The notes under the pieces are model-generated. The model was not told the DNA's origin, did not search any database, and was given only the letters and a program-made list of their open reading frames with translations. Source: Escherichia coli (GTDB lineage Bacteria; Pseudomonadota; Gammaproteobacteria; Enterobacterales; Enterobacteriaceae). From it: 64,000 bases of DNA. The translations under genes were made by a program, and so were the position numbers. Position 1 is the first letter of the stretch. Every line of letters begins with the position of its first letter. The stretch lies in the NCBI RefSeq assembly GCF_044324785.1, contig NZ_CP172127.1; one strand, 5' to 3'. Positions 1 through 9,104 of the stretch are shown in pieces.

Positions 1-906
1 CCCTTTTTGCGTGTTAAACGCATAATAATAGGTCCCGAGCTGCGGCGGCGTATAAACCTGCCCCGGAATATCCTTCAACAGCTTCTGATACATATTTTTC
101 GGGAAGGATTCGGTGATATCAATATCCCCCGCGAGGTAACGCTTAGTGGCTGCGGATTCCTGATTAATTGGCAAGAAGGTCACTTTTTGCAGTACCGTTT
201 TGGCGTTATCCCAATAATGGGTATTCGGTACCACGACCAGTTTTTCATTGACTACGCGCTCTTCAAGAACATAAGCGCCATTACCGATCAGTTTTCCGGG
301 TTTCGTCCACTCTTTAATGCTTTCTACGTTGGCTTTTTGCACCGGGAAGAAGGCAAAGTTAGCGGTTAAATTCACAAACCACGGCAACGGTTTATCAAGC
401 TGGATTTTCAAAGTATGGGCATCAACTGCGGTGACGCCAAGCTGGTCAGGCGTGGCTTTACCATCAATAATCGCCTGTGCGTTGTTGATTCCCGCCAGCG
501 CGGCAAACCATGCAAATGGCGACAATGTTTTTGGGTCCACCAGACGTTGCCAGCTGTAGACAAAATCTTGCGCCGTTACCGGTGTGCCATCCGCCCATTT
601 TGCGTTATCGCGCAAGGTAAATGTCCAGATACGGTTGTCATTACTTTTCCACTGAGTCGCAACGCCGGGGACAATCTCCCCTTTCTCGTTCTGATTCACC
701 AGTCCTTCAAACAGATCGCGAATGACCTGAATCTCTGGCAGGCCCACGGCTTTAGCGGGATCCAGCGACGCAGGTTCATCTTTAATGTGGCGCACCAACT
801 CCTGCTTCTCTGCCAGTACTGTGCCGCTCGGAACTTCTGCAGCATACGAAAGAGAAATGCTGCTGACCAACAGCGCACAACACGTGACTGAAACAGAGTG
901 CTTCAT
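1..906 (-). CDS. mppA: Periplasmic murein tripeptide-binding protein, N-terminal part; 3' end lies beyond the window start
   Basis: Minus-strand translation from the ATG at 904-906 gives a signal peptide followed by an OppA-family substrate-binding protein; absent from the ORF track because it runs off the window. Plus-strand ORFs 7-891 are antisense artefacts. Confidence 0.8.
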   Translation of the reverse strand, partial: MKHSVSVTCCALLVSSISLSYAAEVPSGTVLAEKQELVRHIKDEPASLDPAKAVGLPEIQVIRDLFEGLVNQNEKGEIVPGVATQWKSNDNRIWTFTLRDNAKWADGTPVTAQDFVYSWQRLVDPKTLSPFAWFAALAGINNAQAIIDGKATPDQLGVTAVDAHTLKIQLDKPLPWFVNLTANFAFFPVQKANVESIKEWTKPGKLIGNGAYVLEERVVNEKLVVVPNTHYWDNAKTVLQKVTFLPINQESAATKRYLAGDIDITESFPKNMYQKLLKDIPGQVYTPPQLGTYYYAFNTQKG

Positions 907-1242
907 AAGTTTCCCTCTAACCGACATTAAAATTGATGCGTAATTATTTGTTTCGCCTTAAAGAAATGCAAACAACTTCCATCAAAAAAGTGACAAAGGA
1001 AGCATCAAATGTTTTAAGTATCAATATATCAAATCAGATTTAGCGTAAATAATAGTCTCCAAAATGCGGTAAAGCACATAGAACTCCGAACACTACGTTC
1101 GGGCTTCGCACGTTCAAACCCGTTTTCGGTATCATAATCAGCATCTGTCGCCATTGTGCGAAGAATAAAAAATGACCAAAACGTTGAAAGGAACTGAGAA
1201 TACGTTAAGAGAAGAATTAAATTAATGTATCAGCAAGTAGTG

Positions 1243-2142
1243 CTAAACAGCACCTTTATACTTCAGCCTATCTATAAATAATGAGAATGCCGAGCCAGCA
1301 TGTCGACGGTGTGGATAGTACAGGTGATAACCGGGTAAATCTGGTGTGAATTTATCCAAAACACGTATCAGTTTTTTTTCTTTAATAGCCCGCTCAACCT
1401 GATCATAAGGTAGATACGCCAACCCATGCCCATCAATTGCAGCATCAATGATCAGGTCTATCGTATTCAGTAAAAGCTGACCTTCCATGCGAACACGAAC
1501 TTCACGTCCACCGCGTATTAATCTCCAGCGATTTGCTGTACCCGATGTGGGAAGATACAAATTAATTGCCTGATGATCTATTAATTGTGACACTGACGTT
1601 GGAGCACTTCGACGAGAAAAATAATCCGGTGAGCCAACAATAGCCATTGGTATATCTGGCCCGATTCGAATGGCGATCATATCTTTATCCATCTCCCCAC
1701 CCAGACGGACGCCTGCATCAAAACGTTCAGAAACGACATCGGTCAAACCATAATCAATGGTAAGCTGGATATCAATTTCAGGATGCGATTTCAGGAATGT
1801 GCGCATAGCTGGTAACAATATCGTTTTTGCTGCATGTTCTACAGTAGTAATACGTATTGTCCCGGATGGGCGGTTCTGCAGATCGCTCAGGGATGTCAGG
1901 GCAGAATCTATGTCATGCAACATAGGGCCAAGAACAGACAAAAGATGCTCGCCCGCTTCAGTGGGTACAACGCTGCGCGTGGTTCGCGTCAGAAGCCGCA
2001 ATCCTAATCGTTCTTCTATACGGCGCACTATCTGGCTTAAAGCTGACTGCGCCATGCTCAGGCGGGCTGCTGCGCGAGTGAAGCTACGCTCCTCTGCAAC
2101 GACGACAAACGCCATCAGATCAGCGATTTCTTCACGCTTCAT
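1243..2142 (-). CDS. pgrR: LysR-family transcriptional regulator (PgrR/YcjZ)
   Basis: 299 aa; N-terminal helix-turn-helix (SFTRAAARLSMAQSALSQIVRRIEERLG) typical of LysR regulators; divergent from the ycjY operon. Confidence 0.85.
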   Translation of the reverse strand: MKREEIADLMAFVVVAEERSFTRAAARLSMAQSALSQIVRRIEERLGLRLLTRTTRSVVPTEAGEHLLSVLGPMLHDIDSALTSLSDLQNRPSGTIRITTVEHAAKTILLPAMRTFLKSHPEIDIQLTIDYGLTDVVSERFDAGVRLGGEMDKDMIAIRIGPDIPMAIVGSPDYFSRRSAPTSVSQLIDHQAINLYLPTSGTANRWRLIRGGREVRVRMEGQLLLNTIDLIIDAAIDGHGLAYLPYDQVERAIKEKKLIRVLDKFTPDLPGYHLYYPHRRHAGSAFSLFIDRLKYKGAV

Positions 2143-2163
2143 TCAGTATCTCCATACAATCTA

Positions 2164-2210
2164 TTAATCATTTAAATGATAGGTCTAATCATGATTTTGG
2201 GTCTAATCAA
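2164..2210. promoter_or_regulatory. Cluster of palindromes and direct repeats in the pgrR/ycjY divergent intergenic region; candidate LysR-type operator
   Basis: Perfect palindrome ATCATTTAAATGAT (2167-2180), palindrome AATCATGATT (2187-2196), and direct repeat GGTCTAATCA at 2182-2191 and 2200-2209. Confidence 0.4.
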
Positions 2211-2267
2211 CTTAATGATCAATATCTATAGTGATATCACCAACCGTCAAAACGAACCGACAACTCC

Positions 2268-3200
2268 ATGAGGAACGGAATGATGAATAATAAAGTCAGC
2301 TTCACTAACAGCAATAATCCAACCATCTCTTTGTCTGCAGTGATCTATTTCCCTCCAAAATTTGATGAAACCCGTCAGTATCCGGCAATTGTGGTATCTC
2401 ACCCAGGTGGGGGCGTTAAAGAGCAAACGGCCGGAACCTATGCCGAAAAACTGGCGGAAAAGGGATTTGTCACTATTGCTTATGACGCATCTTATCAAGG
2501 TGAAAGCGGCGGCGAGCCGCGTCAGTTAGAAAACCCATACATTCGTACTGAAGACGTCAGTGCCGTGATTGATTACCTGACAACGCTTTCTTATGTCGAC
2601 AATACCCGAATTGGTGCGATGGGAATTTGTGCCGGTGCAGGATATACAGCCAATGCTGCAATTCAGGATCGCCGCATCAAGGCCATCGGTACTGTTAGTG
2701 CGGTCAATATTGGTTCGATGTTCCGTAATGGTTGGGAAAACAATGTGAAATCTATTGATGCCCTACCATACGTTGACGCGGGTTCAAACGCCCGAACCAG
2801 CGATATTAGCAGCGGAGAATACGCCACTATGCCACTGGCACCAATGAAGGAGTCCGATGCGCCGAACGAAGAACTGCGTCAGGCCTGGGAGTATTACCAC
2901 ACCCCTCGCGCGCAGTATCCAACAGCACCGGGTTACGCTACTTTGCGCAGCCTTAACCAGATTATTACCTATGATGCTTACCATATGGCGGAAGTGTACC
3001 TGACTCAGCCGATACAGATTGTGGCGGGCAGCCAGGCAGGGAGCAAATGGATGAGTGACGACCTGTACGATCGAGCATCAAGCCAGGATAAACGCTATCA
3101 CATTGTTGAAGGCGCAAACCATATGGATCTTTATGACGGCAAAGCCTATGTGGCTGAAGCAATTTCAGTATTAGCTCCGTTCTTTGAGGAAACTCTGTAA
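2268..3200 (+). CDS. ycjY: Alpha/beta-fold hydrolase with Cys in the nucleophile elbow (GICAGAG), YcjY-like
   Basis: 310 aa; G-x-C-x-G nucleophile elbow; first gene of the operon divergent from pgrR. Confidence 0.75.
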   Translation: MRNGMMNNKVSFTNSNNPTISLSAVIYFPPKFDETRQYPAIVVSHPGGGVKEQTAGTYAEKLAEKGFVTIAYDASYQGESGGEPRQLENPYIRTEDVSAVIDYLTTLSYVDNTRIGAMGICAGAGYTANAAIQDRRIKAIGTVSAVNIGSMFRNGWENNVKSIDALPYVDAGSNARTSDISSGEYATMPLAPMKESDAPNEELRQAWEYYHTPRAQYPTAPGYATLRSLNQIITYDAYHMAEVYLTQPIQIVAGSQAGSKWMSDDLYDRASSQDKRYHIVEGANHMDLYDGKAYVAEAISVLAPFFEETL

Positions 3201-4132
3201 TGAAACATATTCAAATCCGCAATAGTGATATGGCCTGGCATATTGCTGCCAATATTCAGTTTCCACCAAATTTTGATGAGTCAAAACAGTATCCGGCGAT
3301 TATCAGCGTCCATCCTTTTGGCAGTTGTAAGGAGCAGACGTCTGGCAATATCTATGGCAAGGCATTGGCTGAAAAAGGCTATGTCGTTCTCGCTTATGAC
3401 GCCAGTTTCCAGGGAGAATCTGGTGGGGAGCCTCGTTGGATAGAAGATCCGACACAGCGCGTTGAGGATATTAGCCGTGTTATCGATTATGCAGTAACTC
3501 TGCCATATGTTGATGCTGAACGCATTGGCGTGCTGGGTGTGTGTGGGGGGGGTGGCTATGCCATTAATGCCGCGCTGACAGAAAAACGAATTAAAGCTGT
3601 AGTGAGTATTACGGGTGTTAATATCGGGCGTCTTTTTCGAGAAGGTTTCAGCAATTACGATCCGATTGGCGCATTGAATGCAATGGCGTCGCAACGAACC
3701 AAAGAGGCTCGTGGTGGAGAATTACAGATCAACGAATTACTTCCCGCCAGCCTGGATGCAGCAAAAGCCCATGGACTGACCGAACGCGATGTTTATGAAG
3801 CAACTGACTACTATAAAACACCACGCGGGCAACAACCGGGAGGTGCGACAAAAATGTTGTTCTCACATGCACAGAAAACGCTGGCCTGGGATGCCTTCGC
3901 ATTTACTGAAGTGTTACTGACTCAGCCGGTGATGGTAGTAGTTGGTGAAAAAGTCGGTGCCTTCGGTGCTTATCGTGATGGACTGGAAGTCTATGGCCGG
4001 GCGATGGTTTCGCAGGATCGTCAGTTAGTTTCGTTACCCGATTTCTCACATTATGAACTGTATGACAAACCGGAAGCAGTTCAGGAGGCGCTGGAAAAAG
4101 TTATTCCTTTTTTCAACACCCATCTGGGATAA
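3200..4132 (+). CDS. Tandem paralog of ycjY: alpha/beta hydrolase with Cys nucleophile (GVCGGGG)
   Basis: 310 aa, roughly 45% identical to the upstream gene by eye; stop/start overlap TAATG at 3198-3202 suggests translational coupling. Likely the intact form of the locus I recall as a pseudogene (ymjD) in K-12. Confidence 0.7.
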   Translation: MKHIQIRNSDMAWHIAANIQFPPNFDESKQYPAIISVHPFGSCKEQTSGNIYGKALAEKGYVVLAYDASFQGESGGEPRWIEDPTQRVEDISRVIDYAVTLPYVDAERIGVLGVCGGGGYAINAALTEKRIKAVVSITGVNIGRLFREGFSNYDPIGALNAMASQRTKEARGGELQINELLPASLDAAKAHGLTERDVYEATDYYKTPRGQQPGGATKMLFSHAQKTLAWDAFAFTEVLLTQPVMVVVGEKVGAFGAYRDGLEVYGRAMVSQDRQLVSLPDFSHYELYDKPEAVQEALEKVIPFFNTHLG

Positions 4133-4137
4133 GTTTC

Positions 4138-4788
4138 ATGAGAAATATTATGAAAAAAGTACTCATTCTTGGTGCTGGCGGTCAGATAGCCCGCCATGTG
4201 ATTAATCAACTGGCAGATAAACAAACCATTAAACAAACTTTATTTGCTCGTCAGCCAGCAAAAATACACAAACCCTATCCAACTAATAGCCAGATTATTA
4301 TGGGGGATGTACTGAATCATGCAGCACTGAAGCAGGCCATGCAGGGACAGGATGTTGTGTATGCCAACCTTACGGGGGAAGATTTAGATATTCAGGCAAA
4401 TTCAGTGATCGCTGCGATGAAAGCCTGTGATGTTAAACGTCTGATCTTTGTTCTTTCCCTCGGTATTTATGATGAAGTTCCAGGAAAATTTGGCGAATGG
4501 AATAATGCAGTTATTGGTGAACCCCTAAAACCATTCCGCAGGGCTGCGGATGCAATTGAGGCTTCTGGACTGGAATATACAATTCTTCGCCCTGCCTGGC
4601 TGACTGATGAAGATATTATTGATTATGAGCTTACCTCACGCAATGAACCATTCAAAGGTACGATCGTATCACGTAAGAGTGTCGCCGCATTAATTACAGA
4701 TATCATCGATAAACCTGAGAAACACATTGGTGAGAATATAGGCATCAATCAACCCGGGACTGATGGCGATAAACCCTTCTTCATGTAA
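4138..4788 (+). CDS. NAD(P)-binding Rossmann protein (NmrA/atypical-SDR-like)
   Basis: 216 aa; N-terminal VLILGAGGQIARH dinucleotide-binding motif. Probably the intact counterpart of the K-12 pseudogene ymjC. Confidence 0.65.
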   Translation: MRNIMKKVLILGAGGQIARHVINQLADKQTIKQTLFARQPAKIHKPYPTNSQIIMGDVLNHAALKQAMQGQDVVYANLTGEDLDIQANSVIAAMKACDVKRLIFVLSLGIYDEVPGKFGEWNNAVIGEPLKPFRRAADAIEASGLEYTILRPAWLTDEDIIDYELTSRNEPFKGTIVSRKSVAALITDIIDKPEKHIGENIGINQPGTDGDKPFFM

Positions 4789-5078
4789 ATCAATTATATA
4801 GCTACCATCGTACTGTACTATGTGCAGTACGATTTATTAAACTTATTAAGGTGAACTGATCAATCAGATGCGATTAACATGTGTAGAACCAGTAAGAATA
4901 AAATACGCCATGTATATAACATTACGACAATTCTAATATCTGCACATCAATGAAAATGCAAACAACTTCTGGCAAAAAAGTGATACAAGATCGATGACAT
5001 AGCGTTGAAGAAAAGGATTTGATAATCCGCAAAATTTGCACAACACTGCCTGTAATACTTCCTGAACCAGAGACGATC

Positions 5079-5807
5079 ATGACCGTAACCCGCCCACGCG
5101 CCGAACGCGGCGCATTTCCGCCCGGAACAGAACATTACGGACGTTCATTATTGGGCGCGCCGTTAATCTGGTTTCCTGCCCCTGCAGCCAGCCGCGAAAG
5201 TGGTTTGATTCTGGCTGGCACTCACGGTGATGAAAACTCTTCGGTCGTCACGCTCTCCTGTGCTCTGCGGACGTTGACACCTTCTTTGCGCCGTCATCAT
5301 GTGGTGCTGTGTGTAAATCCTGACGGCTGCCAGTTGGGGTTACGGGCCAATGCTAATGGTGTGGATTTAAACAGAAACTTTCCGGCGGCGAACTGGAAGG
5401 AAGGTGAAACCGTTTATCGCTGGAACAGCGCCGCTGAAGAACGTGATGTCGTTTTACTGACAGGTGACAAACCTGGCTCCGAACCTGAAACCCAGGCGCT
5501 GTGCCAGCTTATACACCGCATTCAACCTGCCTGGGTGGTCTCATTCCACGATCCACTGGCCTGTATTGAAGATCCCAGACACAGCGAATTAGGCGAATGG
5601 CTAGCCCAGGCGTTTGAATTGCCTCTGGTAACCAGCGTCGGTTATGAAACACCTGGCTCTTTCGGTAGTTGGTGTGCGGATCTCAACCTGCATTGCATAA
5701 CCGCAGAGTTTCCGCCCATCTCCTCCGACGAAGCCAGCGAAAAATATCTCTTTGCGATGGCAAACTTGCTGCGCTGGCATCCTAAAGATGCAATTCGCCC
5801 GTTGTGA
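5079..5807 (+). CDS. mpaA: Murein peptide amidase A (gamma-D-Glu-Dap amidase)
   Basis: 242 aa from the internal ATG at 5079 (MTVTRPRAERG...); the ORF-track start at 5019 is an upstream in-frame extension. Confidence 0.85.
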   Translation: MTVTRPRAERGAFPPGTEHYGRSLLGAPLIWFPAPAASRESGLILAGTHGDENSSVVTLSCALRTLTPSLRRHHVVLCVNPDGCQLGLRANANGVDLNRNFPAANWKEGETVYRWNSAAEERDVVLLTGDKPGSEPETQALCQLIHRIQPAWVVSFHDPLACIEDPRHSELGEWLAQAFELPLVTSVGYETPGSFGSWCADLNLHCITAEFPPISSDEASEKYLFAMANLLRWHPKDAIRPL

Positions 5808-6747
5808 ACTGAAGCGCCGGTTCCACATCTACCGCCAGCCAGGTCGGTCCGTCAAGATCGGCGAAACTGACCTGCGGCACCAGCGGTAAAGCGGCGCTAA
5901 TGGCACGAGAGGTACACAACATGCAGCCCAGCATCAGACTAAAACCTTGTGCACGTGCTTCAGTCGCCAGCGCCAGCGCTTCCGTCAGGCCACCCGTTTT
6001 ATCGAGCTTAATGTTAACCATCTCATAGCGCCCTTTCAGCGCCTTCAGATTGCTACGAGTATGACAACTTTCATCTGCACAAATCGGTAACGGATGAATA
6101 AAATTCTCCAGTGCCGCATCGTCCTGCGCAGGGAGCGGTTGTTCAAGCATCGCAACGCCTAAATCCGCCAATAGCTGGCAACGCGCCGCCAACCCTTCTG
6201 CACGCCAGGATTCATTTGCGTCAACGATCAGCGTCGCATCGGGCACAGCTGTGCGAATTGCCACCATCCGCTCACTGATAAGATGGTTATCCAGCTTCAC
6301 TTTCAGTAATTTCGCGCCTGCCTGCCAGAATGTTGATGCACTATTGGCCATCTGATCAGGCGTACCGATGACTACCGTCTGTGCAGTGGTGACTATCTCG
6401 GGAAGCGTTACGCCGATCAAATCAGCCAGCGATTGCTGCTGTTTTCGCGCCGCCAGATCCCACAATGCACAATCCAGCGCATTACGTGCTGCGCCGGCAG
6501 GGAGAATTTTTTGCAACTCCTCCCGTGTCAGCCCTTTCTCTAATTGCGGCACGACGCTCATAATTTGCGCCATTACCGAGGCATCACTTTCTCCATAGCG
6601 CGGATAGGGCGTGCATTCACCGGTGCCTTTAATACCCTCTTCTTCCAGTTCAACCACCACCACGCGCGCTTCACTGCGACTTCCCCGAGCAATCACAAAC
6701 GGGGTATGTAAGGGCCAGGCTTCCTCAAATACCTTAACGGTTCTCAT
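5782..6747 (-). CDS. ycjG: L-Ala-D/L-Glu epimerase (enolase superfamily)
   Basis: 321 aa from MRTVKVFEEAWPL; 3' end overlaps the mpaA 3' end by 26 bp (convergent). Confidence 0.85.
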   Translation of the reverse strand: MRTVKVFEEAWPLHTPFVIARGSRSEARVVVVELEEEGIKGTGECTPYPRYGESDASVMAQIMSVVPQLEKGLTREELQKILPAGAARNALDCALWDLAARKQQQSLADLIGVTLPEIVTTAQTVVIGTPDQMANSASTFWQAGAKLLKVKLDNHLISERMVAIRTAVPDATLIVDANESWRAEGLAARCQLLADLGVAMLEQPLPAQDDAALENFIHPLPICADESCHTRSNLKALKGRYEMVNIKLDKTGGLTEALALATEARAQGFSLMLGCMLCTSRAISAALPLVPQVSFADLDGPTWLAVDVEPALQFTTGELHL

Positions 6748-6865
6748 CTTTACTCCTTGTTGTCGCAGTGGTCTGCGGATTAAGCGCAAATAGCGTTTGC
6801 TGTGTTATTGACAGTTAGCATAAACTAGGTGTGACGTTAACTATATGTAAACAGGAAAGATAATC

Positions 6866-7372
6866 ATGTCACAAACCGTTCATTTCCAGGGCAACCCGGT
6901 TACAGTCGCCAATTCCATCCCGCAGGCGGGTAGCAAAGCGCAGACTTTTACTCTCGTGGCAAAAGATCTGTCTGACGTCACCCTCGGTCAGTTTGCGGGT
7001 AAACGCAAAGTGCTGAACATTTTCCCGAGTATTGATACCGGTGTTTGCGCCGCATCAGTACGTAAGTTTAACCAACTGGCAACAGAGATCGACAACACCG
7101 TTGTGCTGTGTATCTCTGCCGATCTGCCGTTCGCCCAGTCTCGTTTCTGCGGCGCAGAAGGTCTGAACAACGTTATCACCCTCTCCACTTTCCGTAACGC
7201 TGAGTTCCTGCAAGCTTACGGTGTGGCAATTGCTGATGGCCCACTGAAAGGTCTGGCAGCGCGTGCCGTTGTGGTTATTGATGAAAATGACAATGTGATT
7301 TTCAGCCAGCTGGTGGATGAAATCACCACCGAGCCGGATTACGAAGCAGCTCTGGCTGTACTGAAAGCATAA
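6866..7372 (+). CDS. tpx: Thiol peroxidase
   Basis: 168 aa; matches remembered Tpx sequence. Confidence 0.9.
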   Translation: MSQTVHFQGNPVTVANSIPQAGSKAQTFTLVAKDLSDVTLGQFAGKRKVLNIFPSIDTGVCAASVRKFNQLATEIDNTVVLCISADLPFAQSRFCGAEGLNNVITLSTFRNAEFLQAYGVAIADGPLKGLAARAVVVIDENDNVIFSQLVDEITTEPDYEAALAVLKA

Positions 7373-7376
7373 GTTA

Positions 7377-7410
7377 ATATGCCTGATGGTGTTGCACCAT
7401 CAGGCATATT
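7377..7410. terminator. Bidirectional stem-loop between the convergent tpx and tyrR genes
   Basis: 15-bp inverted repeat ATATGCCTGATGGTG / CACCATCAGGCATAT. Confidence 0.7.
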
Positions 7411-7415
7411 CGCGC

Positions 7416-8957
7416 TTACTCTTCGTTCTTCTTCTGACTCAGACCGTATTCCCGCAACTTATTGGCAATCGCGGTATGCGAAACGCCCAGGCGTTTTGCC
7501 AGTTTGCGCGTGCTGGGATAATTGCGATAAAGCTGGGTTAATACCGAGCGTTCAAAACGGCTGGTGATTTCGTCCAGCGAACCTTCCATCGCATCTTCGC
7601 CCACGGCTACCGTTGCGGCGTCATAATCCGGTAACAAAATATCCTGTGGACGCAGCTCATAACCGTCCAGTTGTGTTAGTGCGCGATAAATAGCGTTCTT
7701 TAACTGCCGCACATTTCCCGGCCACGCATAACGCGTAAGTACAGTATTCAGGTCAGCGGCCAGTTTCGGACGCGGCACGCCCTGCTCGTCGGCAAAGCGG
7801 GCGACGAACAGCTCGGTTAACGGCATGATGTCCTGCGGACAGTCACGTAGCGGCGGCAGATTGAGCGTCAACACGTTCAGACGATAATAGAGATCTTCAC
7901 GGAACACGCCTTTTTGCACCAGTTCGACAAGATTCTTCTGCGTCGCGCAAATCACCCGCACATCGACATGCACCTCATGGTCTTCGCCAACCCGACGGAA
8001 AGTGCCATCATTAAGGAAACGCAGTAATTTCGCCTGCATCCGTGGTGACATCTCACCTATTTCATCCAGCAGTACCGAACCACCGTTCGCCTGCTCAAAG
8101 AACCCTTTCTTCCCTTCCGGAGCATGACCAAACAGTTCACTCTCGACCGCATCTTCCGGGATAGAAGCACAGTTCAGCGCCAGATAGGGTTTGCCCGCGC
8201 GTGGGCTTGCCTGATGACAGGCATACGCAAAGAGATCTTTTCCGGTGCCGGTATCACCCGTAATCAGCAGCGGCGCGCTTAGCATCGCCAGTTTTTGCGC
8301 CTGTTCGACAACATGCTTCATTTTCGGGCTGACAGCGACAATTTGACTAAAGGCGCTGACGTCCTGGGCGGCGACATTTTGCAACTGACGGCCCATACGA
8401 ATCGTTGATCGCAACATCACCACCGCACCGGTCAGGACGTGTTGATCATTTTCATCCTGAAGATAAACAGGCGTAATCTCCATCAGGAAATTCTGCCCAT
8501 TAATAACGACATGCTCGTTATGCGAATCTTGCGGTTCGCTTTCCAGCCAACGTAAAAAATTAAAGCCGTTAATCAATTGTGCGGCGGTATGGTTGCGCAG
8601 GCGATCCAATTTTTGCCCAAAAAGCTGACAGCTCGCCGGGTTCGCCATATCCACTTTGCTTTTCATATCGACAGAGAGCACAGGTTCAGGCAACGCCTCC
8701 AGTAACGCGCTCAACGCCAGATGCTCACGTTCGGAAGGCATCCACGGGACAGTACGGACATCGGTAACACCTGCAATACGGCGTATTTCGGCCATCAGAC
8801 TGCTGAAACTCTCAAACTCCAGTTCAGCAAAATTGAGGTAGATTCGCCCAATGGGGTCAATCTCAATACCGCGTAAATCAATGCCTCTTAGCACGAGTAG
8901 ATCGAGTAATTCGCGGGTCAGACCGAGTCGGTCTTCACAAAAGACTTCCAGACGCAT
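7416..8957 (-). CDS. tyrR: Transcriptional regulator TyrR (sigma-54-interaction-type AAA+ domain)
   Basis: 513 aa from MRLEVFCEDRLGL; GDTGTGKD Walker A and C-terminal helix-turn-helix. Confidence 0.9.
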   Translation of the reverse strand: MRLEVFCEDRLGLTRELLDLLVLRGIDLRGIEIDPIGRIYLNFAELEFESFSSLMAEIRRIAGVTDVRTVPWMPSEREHLALSALLEALPEPVLSVDMKSKVDMANPASCQLFGQKLDRLRNHTAAQLINGFNFLRWLESEPQDSHNEHVVINGQNFLMEITPVYLQDENDQHVLTGAVVMLRSTIRMGRQLQNVAAQDVSAFSQIVAVSPKMKHVVEQAQKLAMLSAPLLITGDTGTGKDLFAYACHQASPRAGKPYLALNCASIPEDAVESELFGHAPEGKKGFFEQANGGSVLLDEIGEMSPRMQAKLLRFLNDGTFRRVGEDHEVHVDVRVICATQKNLVELVQKGVFREDLYYRLNVLTLNLPPLRDCPQDIMPLTELFVARFADEQGVPRPKLAADLNTVLTRYAWPGNVRQLKNAIYRALTQLDGYELRPQDILLPDYDAATVAVGEDAMEGSLDEITSRFERSVLTQLYRNYPSTRKLAKRLGVSHTAIANKLREYGLSQKKNEE

Positions 8958-9027
8958 GGGAACCTTCACCTGAAAAAAGAACAATTAATATGATGATATG
9001 ACACTATTTGGATAGCAGGAAGGTTTC

Positions 9028-9045
9028 TGTCAACAATCATTGACA
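9028..9045. promoter_or_regulatory. TyrR-box-like palindrome TGTCAA-N6-TTGACA upstream of tyrR
   Basis: Near match to the TGTAAA-N6-TTTACA consensus in the tyrR upstream region; consistent with autoregulation. Confidence 0.5.
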
Positions 9046-9104
9046 CAAAGACGGAAAAACGGGCACTTCGGCGTAAAGATATCCGGTCAGCACCCGATAT
9101 TGCA

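Noticed and set aside
7-891. Plus-strand ORFs of 120, 80 and 158 aa at the window start
   Set aside because: They are antisense to the minus-strand mppA coding sequence, which gives a clean OppA-family translation; long antisense ORFs are common in GC-balanced genes.
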